Source of the DNA: a virus
Length of the DNA stretch: 64,000 nt
Direction: 5' to 3' (one strand)
IMG/VR virus record: IMGVR_UViG_3300027659_000022
Span: 22,366 to 86,365 of that record
Shown: positions 27,984-37,344 of the stretch, one piece after another
Layout of the letters: every line of letters begins with the position of its first letter
Numbering within the stretch: position 1 is the stretch's first letter
Translations under genes and position numbers: made by a program
Notes under the pieces: model-generated
The model's database searches: none
What the model was told of the DNA's origin: nothing
Seen by the model: the letters and a program-made list of their open reading frames with translations, nothing else

Positions 27984-28349
27984 ATGGCTACCAATCTACC
28001 CTCATTTGAAATCCAAGACAGTGCCGCAGGTACCAAGCTGTATTTTGACACCTACGGTGAAGCTGCGCTGGAGTTCGCAGCCAACGACGTCACAGCCGCT
28101 GTGAGCTTTTTCACTGCCGCAGGTTTTGACTCAGATGCAGCTGCCACTGTGGCTATGACACTGCTGCGCCAGGCTAAGATTGATGCTACTCCTATCTCAC
28201 AGATCTTAGATACGCTTACCGGGACGAACAAAAACAAACTCAGCCAATTAGTTGGAGAGATACTGAACAATAATCGTGTGCCAACCAGCCTTCTGGGGTT
28301 TAGAACCGCAGATGTCAAACCTGCCCAGATCAGAAACATAGCTGCATAA
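27984..28349 (+). CDS. Hypothetical (probable baseplate/virion) protein
   Basis: 121 aa, coupled between the tube-like gene and gp4. Confidence 0.55.
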   Translation: MATNLPSFEIQDSAAGTKLYFDTYGEAALEFAANDVTAAVSFFTAAGFDSDAAATVAMTLLRQAKIDATPISQILDTLTGTNKNKLSQLVGEILNNNRVPTSLLGFRTADVKPAQIRNIAA

Positions 28350-28789
28350 TGGGCAAATTCGCACAGGGTAGATTTGAAATGAAAAATCCTGCCAAGTACG
28401 TAGGATTAAAAACTCCGTTGGCTCGCAGCTCATGGGAATTCGTGTTCATGCGGATGTTGGATGAACACCCAGGCGTACAGAATTGGGCCTCAGAAAGCAT
28501 CAAGATACCCTATAGAGATCCCCTGACTGGTCGCAGTACCATATATGTGCCAGATTTTTTTATCGTGTATCAAGATAAGAATGGTGCTAAACACGCAGAA
28601 GTTGTAGAAGTTAAACCTTCTAATCACACATTTAGAGAAGCTGTGGGCAGAAGCCAATATAATCAACAGCAGTATGTGAAAAACATGGCCAAATGGGAAG
28701 CTGCTAACGCTTGGTGCAAACAGCAGAACATAAAATTTAGGGTGATAAACGAAACAGACATTTTCCATCAAGGCACAAAACGAAGATAA
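28349..28789 (+). CDS. Head completion nuclease (T4 gp4 / TnsA-like PD-(D/E)xK)
   Basis: RSSWE..FM, WASE.IKIPY, YVPDF, VEVKP and KWEAA..WC. Confidence 0.9.
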   Translation: MGKFAQGRFEMKNPAKYVGLKTPLARSSWEFVFMRMLDEHPGVQNWASESIKIPYRDPLTGRSTIYVPDFFIVYQDKNGAKHAEVVEVKPSNHTFREAVGRSQYNQQQYVKNMAKWEAANAWCKQQNIKFRVINETDIFHQGTKRR

Positions 28790-28792
28790 GTA
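28785..28792 (+). promoter_or_regulatory. Late promoter variant (GATAAGTA), 4 nt before ATG
   Basis: Overlaps the gp4 stop codon; no RBS before 28797. Confidence 0.5.
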
Positions 28793-28796
28793 TGAT

Positions 28797-29273
28797 ATGA
28801 CCAAAAGACTTGAAGAATTGTTAAATCTAGAAACCACAGAACACACGGCAGCAACGCCAGTTGAAGCACCTACACATGAACAGGTACAGAGCCTGGATGA
28901 CAGCTATCGCAGAGTGGCCGAAATCACTAGAGGACTGCCGCAGATCAAAGAGCTCGATGAGTTAGATGATAGAGAACTAGACGAGCTGGCTAAAAAAGCA
29001 GAAGCTGCATATGATGATCTAATGGATCTTGGTATGAACGTAGAAGTTAGATATGCAGGGCGTATCTTTGAAGTAGCTGCTAGCATGATGGGCAACGCTA
29101 TCACTGCTAAAACCAATAAGATAGATAAAAAACTCAAGAGCGTAGATCTACAACTAAAGAAGCTGAAAATAGACAATGACGCAGGTAATGAACAAGACGG
29201 TGTCATCAACGGTGCTGCCTATGTGATCACAGACCGCAACGAGCTGCTGAAAAAATTAAGCGGAAAAGCATAA
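28797..29273 (+). CDS. Terminase small subunit (gp16-like)
   Basis: Helical; R.FEVA..M and C-terminal DRNELLKKL resemble gp16; lies upstream of the large terminase. Confidence 0.65.
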   Translation: MTKRLEELLNLETTEHTAATPVEAPTHEQVQSLDDSYRRVAEITRGLPQIKELDELDDRELDELAKKAEAAYDDLMDLGMNVEVRYAGRIFEVAASMMGNAITAKTNKIDKKLKSVDLQLKKLKIDNDAGNEQDGVINGAAYVITDRNELLKKLSGKA

Positions 29274-29276
29274 ATA
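29269..29276 (+). promoter_or_regulatory. Late promoter box (CATAAATA), 5 nt before ATG
   Basis: Overlaps the stop codon of the previous gene. Confidence 0.7.
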
Positions 29277-29281
29277 CAAGT

Positions 29282-29848
29282 ATGAAAACTTTTAAAGAAT
29301 ATCTCACTGAAAACAAAAAAATCTACAGCTTCAAGGTCAAAGTTGCTGGCGACATTCCTGAGAATTTTCAGGAAAGTCTCAAGACCAAACTAGAACGCTG
29401 CAAGGTCGTGACCTTTGAAAAGATGAGCACAACACCTATACAGAAGTTTCCGCTGGATTTTCCAAACAAAAGCAACATGGAAGTCACTGTGTTTGAAGTT
29501 GTTACAGAATATCCGGTAACTCCTCCAGAAATTGCTGTTATGATCAAGGGCTCCGGAATCACTGAAGACTGTTTTCGTGTACGCGGCAGCGGCGAACCTA
29601 CAGAAATGGATCAGCTGCTCATGGACAATGAGCCCACAGGTGATGCACTGTTAGATGAACAGGACATGGACAAAAGCACAGGAAAAATCAAACACAAAGA
29701 TTATTTCGGAGATGATTTCAACAAGAGTTTCTTAAAAGATTTAACTAAAGCTGCCAAAGATCGCAAGAAGGATGGCATCAACGTGGAATACAAACTGCCT
29801 AAGGGCAAACAAGACAAAGCAGGTGCTAAAAGCGCCCTAGGGAGTTAA
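29282..29848 (+). CDS. Probable internal head protein with a capsid-targeting sequence
   Basis: The N-terminus MKTFKEYLTE resembles the T4 internal-protein targeting leader MKTYQEFIAE. Confidence 0.55.
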   Translation: MKTFKEYLTENKKIYSFKVKVAGDIPENFQESLKTKLERCKVVTFEKMSTTPIQKFPLDFPNKSNMEVTVFEVVTEYPVTPPEIAVMIKGSGITEDCFRVRGSGEPTEMDQLLMDNEPTGDALLDEQDMDKSTGKIKHKDYFGDDFNKSFLKDLTKAAKDRKKDGINVEYKLPKGKQDKAGAKSALGS

Positions 29849-29851
29849 TAC

Positions 29852-30607
29852 ATGGATTTCAATCAATTAATGGCACGCATGCGTGAACTGGATCAACCCA
29901 CAAATGAGGGAGGTTGCGGCATGGATTCGCCAATGGCACCGCCTATGTCTCCGCCCATGAGCATGACTCCGCCAAAACCAGACACACCACCACCTACAAT
30001 GAGCATCAATCTAAATGCCCAAGGCATGGACAACATCGAGTCATTGATGAAATTAGTGACGAAAGTGAATCCAAGCATGGATAAACCGATGATGCCACCG
30101 AGTATCAGTATTGAGCCTATGGACAAACCAGCAGGCATGCCTCCAATGGGCGGTCTTGGAGACCTAGACCGAGGTCCTTTAAAAATGCTGCCAGATCTAG
30201 ACGCAGACAACGATGATATGCCAGGCGGTGAAATGGACAGTGACTATGATGACAGCGGAGATCTAGATGCACATGAAAAAGATCACGCTGATGAAAAACC
30301 ATTGATCAAAACTCTAGACCGTGATGACGACGGCGATCATGACATGGACGATCATGACGCAGAGAAAAAAGAAAAAGATGAAGCGTTCGGCAACAGTGTA
30401 GACGATTCCGAACCCGGCTACAAGACTATCGCCGATGTGATGAACAAAGGCAACGATCTAAACAGACCAAAGAAAAGCTTCAGCGGCAAACCATATCGCG
30501 GTGACAATCCTATGGCAGCTGGAGCATATGAAAGCAAAGAACAACTACGTGCCGGCATACGTGCAGAACTCATGCAACGTTTGGCAGAAGCTAAAGGAGC
30601 GAAATAA
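29852..30607 (+). CDS. Low-complexity Pro/Met/Asp-rich protein, probable prohead core/internal protein
   Basis: GGGAG RBS; PPMSPPM tracts and acidic DxDxDG-like motifs; late operon context. Confidence 0.5.
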   Translation: MDFNQLMARMRELDQPTNEGGCGMDSPMAPPMSPPMSMTPPKPDTPPPTMSINLNAQGMDNIESLMKLVTKVNPSMDKPMMPPSISIEPMDKPAGMPPMGGLGDLDRGPLKMLPDLDADNDDMPGGEMDSDYDDSGDLDAHEKDHADEKPLIKTLDRDDDGDHDMDDHDAEKKEKDEAFGNSVDDSEPGYKTIADVMNKGNDLNRPKKSFSGKPYRGDNPMAAGAYESKEQLRAGIRAELMQRLAEAKGAK

Positions 30608-31308
30608 TGGCATCAGGATTCCAACAAAACACAGATCAACTTACACCGGGGTTATATCGTGTGGTAATTGATCTCACAGGTTATTCAACCACAGCAGCTA
30701 ATGAAGATGCAGGTGGCGTTGAAACCAGAGACAACAGTGCGTTCGCCACACAGGTCACTACCACAGCAATTGGCCGACGCAGAGCCAGAGGCAATCTACG
30801 CTGGCAAGGAATTTTAGAAAATCTAGGCCGAGGTGGCGATTTTAGGATCTTAGACATAGAAGAACTAGAAGCTACAGGTCCAAGCGTGTTAGACAATGCA
30901 GACGACACCACTACTACACTTACCTTTACCGTGCAGTATGACAGAGATGCCTTTGTGTTGGGCAACGTACAAAACTTCCTGATCGCCGAAGGCAGAGTTA
31001 GCGGTGGTGTGGCTAAGAATTCAGATCACGAAACACTGGCCTCAGCAACTACCTGTTCAACTACTGCATTAGCCATAGAGGAGCTTGTGGTAAGAGGCAT
31101 TACCAAAGGCTATCAGGACTACGTGACCGATGTCAGCACAGCAGTGACCAGCACGGATATATTCAAAAGAAGTTATCGTGTATTTGATGGCACTAATGCC
31201 ATTGAGAATCAAGAAGTTCTCACGGTGAAAGCACCAATCACACCAAAAGCAGCTCACACAGATGTCACTGTTACTAATATTGACGGTACCACTCTGCCAA
31301 CTACATAA
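30607..31308 (+). CDS. Hypothetical virion protein
   Basis: AGGAG RBS; Thr/Ala-rich; followed by a terminator. Confidence 0.55.
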   Translation: MASGFQQNTDQLTPGLYRVVIDLTGYSTTAANEDAGGVETRDNSAFATQVTTTAIGRRRARGNLRWQGILENLGRGGDFRILDIEELEATGPSVLDNADDTTTTLTFTVQYDRDAFVLGNVQNFLIAEGRVSGGVAKNSDHETLASATTCSTTALAIEELVVRGITKGYQDYVTDVSTAVTSTDIFKRSYRVFDGTNAIENQEVLTVKAPITPKAAHTDVTVTNIDGTTLPTT

Positions 31309-31323
31309 ATCCAGCACACACCC

Positions 31324-31351
31324 AAATAGGCTCTACGGAGCCTATTTTTTT
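31324..31351 (+). terminator. Rho-independent terminator (UACG tetraloop)
   Basis: AAATAGGCTC-TACG-GAGCCTATTT followed by TTTT. Confidence 0.9.
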
Positions 31352-31352
31352 C

Positions 31353-31360
31353 AGTAAATA
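31353..31360 (+). promoter_or_regulatory. Late promoter box (AGTAAATA), 5 nt before the terminase ATG
   Basis: Same terminator-promoter-ATG layout as at 26835-26879. Confidence 0.65.
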
Positions 31361-31365
31361 AACAT

Positions 31366-32952
31366 ATGGGAAAATCACTAGACGGCGTACTGATTAAAAA
31401 GGCTCATGCTCAGACCAAATACACAATGGATGAGGTCAAGCATCTTGAAGCCTGCTTGGATCCTGTCACAGGACCTTTGTATTTCTGCACTAACTTTTTA
31501 AAGATACAGCATCCAACTCGTGGCGCTATCAATTTTGAACCCTACGAATATCAAGAAAGATTGATAAAAAGCATACACACTAATAGGCAGTGTATAGCCA
31601 TGCTGCCTCGCCAGATGGGCAAGACCACCTGTGCTACTGGTTATCTGCTTTGGTACACCATGTTCATACCTGACTGTCAGGTGTTGATAGCTGCCCACAA
31701 GTATGAAGGTGCCAAAGACATCATGGACAGATATAGATTTGGTTATGAAAATCTTCCAGACTTTATTCGTGCAGGAGTTTATTCATACAACAGAAACACC
31801 ATTGAATATGACAACGGTGCTAGGATACAGGCCACAACTACAACAGAAAACACTGGTCGTGGTAAATCTCTTTCATTGATCTACTGCGATGAGTTTGCGT
31901 TTGTGCAGCCGCCAGAAAAAGCCAAAGAGTTTTGGACAGCTTTGAGTCCCACACTAGCCACTGGTGGTAAGTGTATAATCACATCCACACCAAACTCAGA
32001 CGAAGATCAGTTTGCGTTGATATGGGCCGAGGCCAACAAGCGTTTTGACGAATTTGGCAACGAAGCCGAAGTAGGACAGAACGGATTTGCTTCATACACA
32101 GCTCATTGGTCAGAGCATCCAGATCGAGATGACGCATGGGCCAACGTGGAAAGATCTAAAATTGGTGAAGAACGTTTTCGTCGTGAGTTTGAATGTGAAT
32201 TCTTGATCTTTGATGAAACGCTGATCAACTCTGTGAAACTGGTCGAGTTAGCAGGCTCAGATCCCACAATGACCATGGGACAAACACGCTGGTACAAAGA
32301 CATAGATCCCAAGGCCACCTATCTAGTGGCTCTAGATCCCAGCCTAGGCACAGGCGGAGACTATGGTGCCATACAGGTCTATGAAATGCCTACAATGACC
32401 CAGGTAGCAGAATGGCATCACAACCAAACTCCAGTGCAGCAGCAGGTCAAACACATGCGAGAAATACTGAGATACATACACGATCGTGGAGAAGAACAGG
32501 GCGGTGTACCACAGATCTATTATTCAGTGGAAAACAACAGCCTCGGTGAAGCTGCGCTGATAGTGATCAACGACATAGGCGAAGAAAACTTCTACGGCCT
32601 GTTTCTCTCAGAACCCATACGCAAAGGACACATACGCAAGTTCCGAAAAGGATTCAACACCACGCACCGTTCAAAGATCACTGCCTGCAGCCAACTGAAA
32701 AATCTCATTGAAACTAATAAAATGAGCCTTAAATCAAAACCCTTGATTTCAGAACTCAAGACTTTTGTAGCCACTGGATTGGGTTTCAAGGCCAAAAGCG
32801 GTGAGCATGACGACCTAGTATCCAGCACACTGTTAATCATACGTATGGCCGATGTACTGGCCGATTGGGATCCGCAGATCTACGATAAAATGACTGAAAA
32901 AGTCTCCGAAGAATCTATGCCTATGCCGATCTTTGTTAGCATGGGCCTTTGA
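31366..32952 (+). CDS. Terminase large subunit (T4 gp17-like)
   Basis: YQERL, PRQMGKTT (Walker A), IYCDEFAFV (Walker B), ITSTPN, ALDPSLG.GGDY and HDDLV. Confidence 0.97.
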   Translation: MGKSLDGVLIKKAHAQTKYTMDEVKHLEACLDPVTGPLYFCTNFLKIQHPTRGAINFEPYEYQERLIKSIHTNRQCIAMLPRQMGKTTCATGYLLWYTMFIPDCQVLIAAHKYEGAKDIMDRYRFGYENLPDFIRAGVYSYNRNTIEYDNGARIQATTTTENTGRGKSLSLIYCDEFAFVQPPEKAKEFWTALSPTLATGGKCIITSTPNSDEDQFALIWAEANKRFDEFGNEAEVGQNGFASYTAHWSEHPDRDDAWANVERSKIGEERFRREFECEFLIFDETLINSVKLVELAGSDPTMTMGQTRWYKDIDPKATYLVALDPSLGTGGDYGAIQVYEMPTMTQVAEWHHNQTPVQQQVKHMREILRYIHDRGEEQGGVPQIYYSVENNSLGEAALIVINDIGEENFYGLFLSEPIRKGHIRKFRKGFNTTHRSKITACSQLKNLIETNKMSLKSKPLISELKTFVATGLGFKAKSGEHDDLVSSTLLIIRMADVLADWDPQIYDKMTEKVSEESMPMPIFVSMGL

Positions 32953-32958
32953 TAAATA
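32951..32958 (+). promoter_or_regulatory. Late promoter box (GATAAATA), 5 nt before ATG 32964
   Basis: Overlaps the terminase stop codon. Confidence 0.7.
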
Positions 32959-32963
32959 TACTT

Positions 32964-34832
32964 ATGGACGCAAGAAATAACATAGCAACAGATTTATTCT
33001 ACAAGGTACGTAGTCGGTTTTCTGGCCTTAAATTAGGTGCGGAAACCGGGGAAATAACCATCAATCCTGAAGAAGCTCGATTCTTTGATTTTGACTACAT
33101 GGAAGGAAAGACTCCCATAGGACATGTCAGTATCAGTCTTGCAGAACCCAACTCGATGAAGGTATATTTCAGTCATGGTATTTCTGAAGGCATGGATGAA
33201 AAACAAAAGGTCAATTGGTACGGTTTCCTCAAAGAGCTGCGCCAATTCGCTAAACGTAGACTACTGAGTTTCGACACCAGAGACATAGCCAAAGACAATC
33301 TAGATCGCAGGGACTACGAATTTCTAGTGCAAAACTCACAGCCCAAGCAGACCAAGCAGGACACTATACAAAAACCAGTCGGAGAAAGTATGATGGCAGA
33401 AAGCAATATGTATGGTAGTAGAACCATGAGCTACCAAAAATTAATGGACACTAGATTGATTATCAAACACAACCAAGCGGTCATGGATGAGAATCAGCCA
33501 GGTGCAAGAACACGCCACATAGGTGCGTTGTTCGTGGAAAACCAAGACGGTGAAAGATTCAAATATCCTTTCATCCATCTAGCAGGTGCTAGAGCCATGC
33601 AGAGACATGTGGCCAACGGTGGCGTTCCCTATGATGATCTAGGCAAGAGCATAATTGGCATGAGCGAAGAAATCGCACAGTTAAAGAGTTTTGGTAATTA
33701 TGTTGTACGTAACGATCTTATGAACTCAGATACAAATTCAGTAGTAGAAAGATCAACCACTTACCTAAATCAATTGCGCGAGCAGATCAAGGCACTGAGC
33801 AAACAGAGCCATTACGAAGCATACAAAGAAAACTTTCAGGCCTATGACAGTGAAGAAATTCCACAGGACGTGGTAGAAGATTTCAAAGAAAAATTCACTG
33901 TAAAATCATTCAAAGAAGATATCGCATCAGTGTTTCCTGTGTTGTACAGACTGATGAAAGAAGGAAACACCATAGGCTACGACGACATAGTCGCAATGAC
34001 ACAGGAAGAAATAGCCAACGAAGATCTAGAAGTCAGTGAAGACGCCTATGATCCATTTGATCAATTTGAATCATGGGTGATGGCACTGGGTGAAGAATCC
34101 GCTATCACCTCAGAAGATCCAGAAGCACAGGCCACTGCCGTCCAGAGCCTACAAGAACTAGTAGGACAGCATTTCCCCGCAGGCGTAGATGGCACTAATG
34201 CCATAGAAAGCCTCAAAGGCATCATAGAAGATCCAGAACTATACAAACGCATCAAAGCACAGGCCGCCGAAGACGCAGACTCATGCGTGAGACCATTGGT
34301 CAAAGAATGGTTAGAATTAAATGCTCCAGAAACTCTAGAGCAATTAGATTTTGGTGATATGGTCGATGAGCCGGAAGCAGCCCAAGGAGGTGACCAAACT
34401 GCCCCGGAAGGAGAACCAGTAGCAGTTGATCCAGCCGCAGCCGAAGTTCCTGTGCAACAACCAGTTCCGCAGGAAGCTATAGATCCTGACAATCCCAGAG
34501 ATTATGAGAGACCTGCGATTGATAGAAAGAAATCTGGTCAAGCACCATTAACAATGAAAGACGTCAAAGACAAAGATGAAAAATCAGAACGTGATCGCAA
34601 AGAACGCTCAGGCATAAAAGTTGAAGAACTAGCAGAATTTATTACATCATTCTATGACAGGCAGTCAGGTACGTTCCCTAAAGGACCTGAAGGTGTAGTG
34701 ATAATGGTAGGCAAAAAGTTTGGCGAACAGGCAGAACAAGTTGCTCGAAAGTTTGTAGAGCGCATGGCCCCACAACAGCAAGATCCACAGATTTCAGAAT
34801 TGGCTCGTATCAGAGAACTAGCAGGCTATTAA
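32964..34832 (+). CDS. Large acidic late protein, probable prohead core/internal protein
   Basis: Start reassigned to ATG 32964; 622 aa; Glu-rich; C-terminal ELARIRELAGY. Confidence 0.5.
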   Translation: MDARNNIATDLFYKVRSRFSGLKLGAETGEITINPEEARFFDFDYMEGKTPIGHVSISLAEPNSMKVYFSHGISEGMDEKQKVNWYGFLKELRQFAKRRLLSFDTRDIAKDNLDRRDYEFLVQNSQPKQTKQDTIQKPVGESMMAESNMYGSRTMSYQKLMDTRLIIKHNQAVMDENQPGARTRHIGALFVENQDGERFKYPFIHLAGARAMQRHVANGGVPYDDLGKSIIGMSEEIAQLKSFGNYVVRNDLMNSDTNSVVERSTTYLNQLREQIKALSKQSHYEAYKENFQAYDSEEIPQDVVEDFKEKFTVKSFKEDIASVFPVLYRLMKEGNTIGYDDIVAMTQEEIANEDLEVSEDAYDPFDQFESWVMALGEESAITSEDPEAQATAVQSLQELVGQHFPAGVDGTNAIESLKGIIEDPELYKRIKAQAAEDADSCVRPLVKEWLELNAPETLEQLDFGDMVDEPEAAQGGDQTAPEGEPVAVDPAAAEVPVQQPVPQEAIDPDNPRDYERPAIDRKKSGQAPLTMKDVKDKDEKSERDRKERSGIKVEELAEFITSFYDRQSGTFPKGPEGVVIMVGKKFGEQAEQVARKFVERMAPQQQDPQISELARIRELAGY

Positions 34833-34853
34833 AAGTTTCGTCGCAGTTAGATC

Positions 34854-34877
34854 GGGCACTTCGGTGCCCTTTCTTTT
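34854..34877 (+). terminator. Rho-independent terminator (UUCG tetraloop)
   Basis: GGGCAC-TTCG-GTGCCC-TTTCTTTT. Confidence 0.88.
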
Positions 34878-34910
34878 GGCAAAACAAAATCAAAAAAACG
34901 CAGATAATCA

Positions 34911-34939
34911 TTGACCTTGATAAATAAAAAGCGCATAAT
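34911..34939 (+). promoter_or_regulatory. Sigma70-type promoter TTGACC-17-CATAAT with a late box GATAAATA (34919-34926) nested in its spacer
   Basis: Both elements are read directly upstream of gp32. Confidence 0.6.
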
Positions 34940-34995
34940 AAAACATGTGCATAAGGCATATAAACATTTTAGGCATAACATAGGAGGCATTTAAA

Positions 34996-35973
34996 ATGGC
35001 ATCACTCGCAGAAATCCGTGCTAAACTTCAAGAAGCACAATCAAAGTCCACAGGACAATCCACCGGCGGTGGAGACAACGCAATTTACCCACACTGGAAC
35101 ATGCAAGAAGGCAAGGAAGCGGTTATCCGTTTGCTACCTGATGGCAATCCCAACAACACATTTTTCTGGGTAGAACGTGCGATGATCAAACTGCCATTCG
35201 CTGGCATCAAAGGTGAGACTGATAGTCGTCCAGTTCAAGTGCAGGTTCCATGCGTGGAAATGTACAACGACGGCACAGCTTGTCCGATCCTCGCAGAAGT
35301 GCGTGGTTGGTTCAAAGACAAAAGTCTTGAAGAAATGGGTCGTAAGTATTGGAAAAAGCGTTCATACATTTTCCAAGGCTTTGTAGTTGAAGATCCAATT
35401 GGTGAAGACAAGACGCCAGAAAATCCTATCCGTAGATTTATCATTGGTCCTCAGATCTATAATATCATCCGCTCGGCATTGATGGATCCAGAACTAGATG
35501 AACTGCCAACAGACTTCCTGAAAGGTCTAGACTTCCGTATCGCTAAAACATCCAAAGGCGGATTCGCTGACTACTCAACATCTAAGTGGAGCCGCAGAGA
35601 ACGTGCTTTGAGCGATGTTGAAAAAGCAGCCATTGACACTCACGGACTGTTTGATCTCAGCGGGTTCCTTCCTAAGAAGCCTACAGATGTTGAGCTTAAA
35701 GTGATGAAAGAAATGTTTGAAGCGTCAGTGGATGGCGAAGCATATGACATGGATCGCTGGGGACAGTATTTCAAACCAGCAGGTATGGGACAGGCCACTG
35801 GTGATCCTAACAAAGCATCTGCTCGTGCAGCCCCAGTTGATGAAGATGCAGATGACACACCCGCTCCTGTAGTCAAACCTGTAAGTGCTCCTGCAGCACC
35901 AGCGGCTGCCGCTGAAGGTGCTAGTCGTGCGCAAGATATCCTTGCAATGATTCGCAATCGTCAAAAGCAGTAA
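34996..35973 (+). CDS. Single-stranded DNA-binding protein (T4 gp32-like)
   Basis: AGGAGG RBS; AVIRLLP, C...CPI, YWKKRSY, G.DF.I.KT.KGG.ADY..SKW; acidic/Ala-rich tail. Confidence 0.9.
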   Translation: MASLAEIRAKLQEAQSKSTGQSTGGGDNAIYPHWNMQEGKEAVIRLLPDGNPNNTFFWVERAMIKLPFAGIKGETDSRPVQVQVPCVEMYNDGTACPILAEVRGWFKDKSLEEMGRKYWKKRSYIFQGFVVEDPIGEDKTPENPIRRFIIGPQIYNIIRSALMDPELDELPTDFLKGLDFRIAKTSKGGFADYSTSKWSRRERALSDVEKAAIDTHGLFDLSGFLPKKPTDVELKVMKEMFEASVDGEAYDMDRWGQYFKPAGMGQATGDPNKASARAAPVDEDADDTPAPVVKPVSAPAAPAAAAEGASRAQDILAMIRNRQKQ

Positions 35974-35980
35974 TTAACAC

Positions 35981-36018
35981 GGCTCGGGCCAATGAGACGT
36001 AGTTCTTATGCCCGAGTT
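35981..36018 (+). other. Long imperfect RNA hairpin between gp32 and uvsX
   Basis: GGCTCGGGC...GCCCGAGTT outer stem with an inner ATGAGA/TCTTAT pairing; no U-tract. Confidence 0.55.
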
Positions 36019-36040
36019 CTTCTCATCACAGGATAATAAT

Positions 36041-37120
36041 ATGGCAAAAGCATTTGATATTTCTAAATTTAGAAAGTCAATTACTAAGAGCATCGAAGGA
36101 CTTAGTATTGGCTTCAATGATCCAGTAGACTGGATCTCAACCAACAACTTCGCACTGAACTATTTGATCAGTGGAGATTTTTACAAAGGCATTCCCCTGG
36201 GCAAGGTCACTGTGTTTGCTGGCGAGTCAGGTGCAGGCAAGAGTTTTATCTGTGCCGGTAACTTGGTCAAGAACGCACAGGCATCGGGCATATTTCCTAT
36301 ATTGATTGACACAGAAAACGCCTTAGATAAAGATTGGCTAGAAGCCTTAGGCGTAGACACTTCAGAAGATAAATTGATGAAGTTGAACATGGCCATGATC
36401 GATGATGTGGCCAAGACCATCGTGGAGTTCGTAGCAGAATATAAATCCATGGATGAAGCCACACGTCCTAAGATCTTGTTCGTGATAGACAGTCTTGGAA
36501 TGTTACTGACTCCCACGGATGTTAATCAGTTTGAAGCCGGGGATCTCAAAGGTGACATGGGCCGTAAGCCCAAAGCACTTACGGCACTGGTTCGCAACTG
36601 TGTGAACATGTTTGGTAGTCTTAATATCGGTTTGGTGTGTACTAATCATACCTATGCCAGCCAAGACATGTTTGATCCAGATGACAAGATCAGCGGTGGT
36701 CAGGGTTTTATCTACGCCAGTTCAATCGTAGTTGCCATGCGTAAGCTAAAACTCAAAGAAGACGAAGACGGCAACAAGATCTCAGAGGTCAAAGGCATTC
36801 GTGCTGCCTGCAAGGTTATGAAAACACGATATGCTAAACCTTTTGAATCAGTGCAGGTGAAGATTCCTTATGAAACAGGTATGAATCCATATAGTGGACT
36901 GGTCGACCTGTTCGAAGCCAAAGGCATGCTCAAGAAAGAAGGAAACAGCCTAGTCTATACCACTGCCGATGGCGAGATCATCAAACAGTTCCGCAAGGCC
37001 TGGGAACGCAATGACAATCTCGGTCTCGACAAGGCCATGGCAGATGTATCAAAACACGGTGAAAAATCCATTTCTGAGATAACTACTACAGTTGAACCAG
37101 ACTTGGAGGAAGCCGAATGA
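36041..37120 (+). CDS. uvsX: RecA-like recombinase
   Basis: Start MAKAFD at 36041; GESGAGKS Walker A, IDTEN, VIDSLG, NHTY and SGG.GFIYASS. Confidence 0.93.
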   Translation: MAKAFDISKFRKSITKSIEGLSIGFNDPVDWISTNNFALNYLISGDFYKGIPLGKVTVFAGESGAGKSFICAGNLVKNAQASGIFPILIDTENALDKDWLEALGVDTSEDKLMKLNMAMIDDVAKTIVEFVAEYKSMDEATRPKILFVIDSLGMLLTPTDVNQFEAGDLKGDMGRKPKALTALVRNCVNMFGSLNIGLVCTNHTYASQDMFDPDDKISGGQGFIYASSIVVAMRKLKLKEDEDGNKISEVKGIRAACKVMKTRYAKPFESVQVKIPYETGMNPYSGLVDLFEAKGMLKKEGNSLVYTTADGEIIKQFRKAWERNDNLGLDKAMADVSKHGEKSISEITTTVEPDLEEAE

Positions 37121-37344
37121 AAGAAGATTTAATCGCCGATATATGGAATGTAGTGATTGGTCATATTCCAGAAAAACAACGAGCTGATGTTGCCGCTGAT
37201 TTTGTTAATACACTATTAGACTACGGTATCAAAGACTCTGTGTTAGAATCACTGCAAGGAGTGGATCCTTATTTAGACGATGCTATCGATTACGCAATCG
37301 ATGGTGAGGAAATCGAAGAAGAATACGAAGACGACGAGGAATAA
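37117..37344 (+). CDS. Small acidic hypothetical protein
   Basis: GGAGG RBS; ATGA overlap; acidic tail. Confidence 0.65.
   Translation: MKEDLIADIWNVVIGHIPEKQRADVAADFVNTLLDYGIKDSVLESLQGVDPYLDDAIDYAIDGEEIEEEYEDDEE

Noticed and set aside
28349-28789. Tn7 TnsA transposase indicating a mobile element
   Set aside because: The sequence and context match T4 gp4 head-completion nuclease; there is no TnsB/TnsC and no terminal repeats.
31366-32952. Intein or group I intron in the terminase (also checked uvsX, uvsW, primase and helicase)
   Set aside because: Lengths are normal, motifs are contiguous, and there are no splice-junction or LAGLIDADG signatures.
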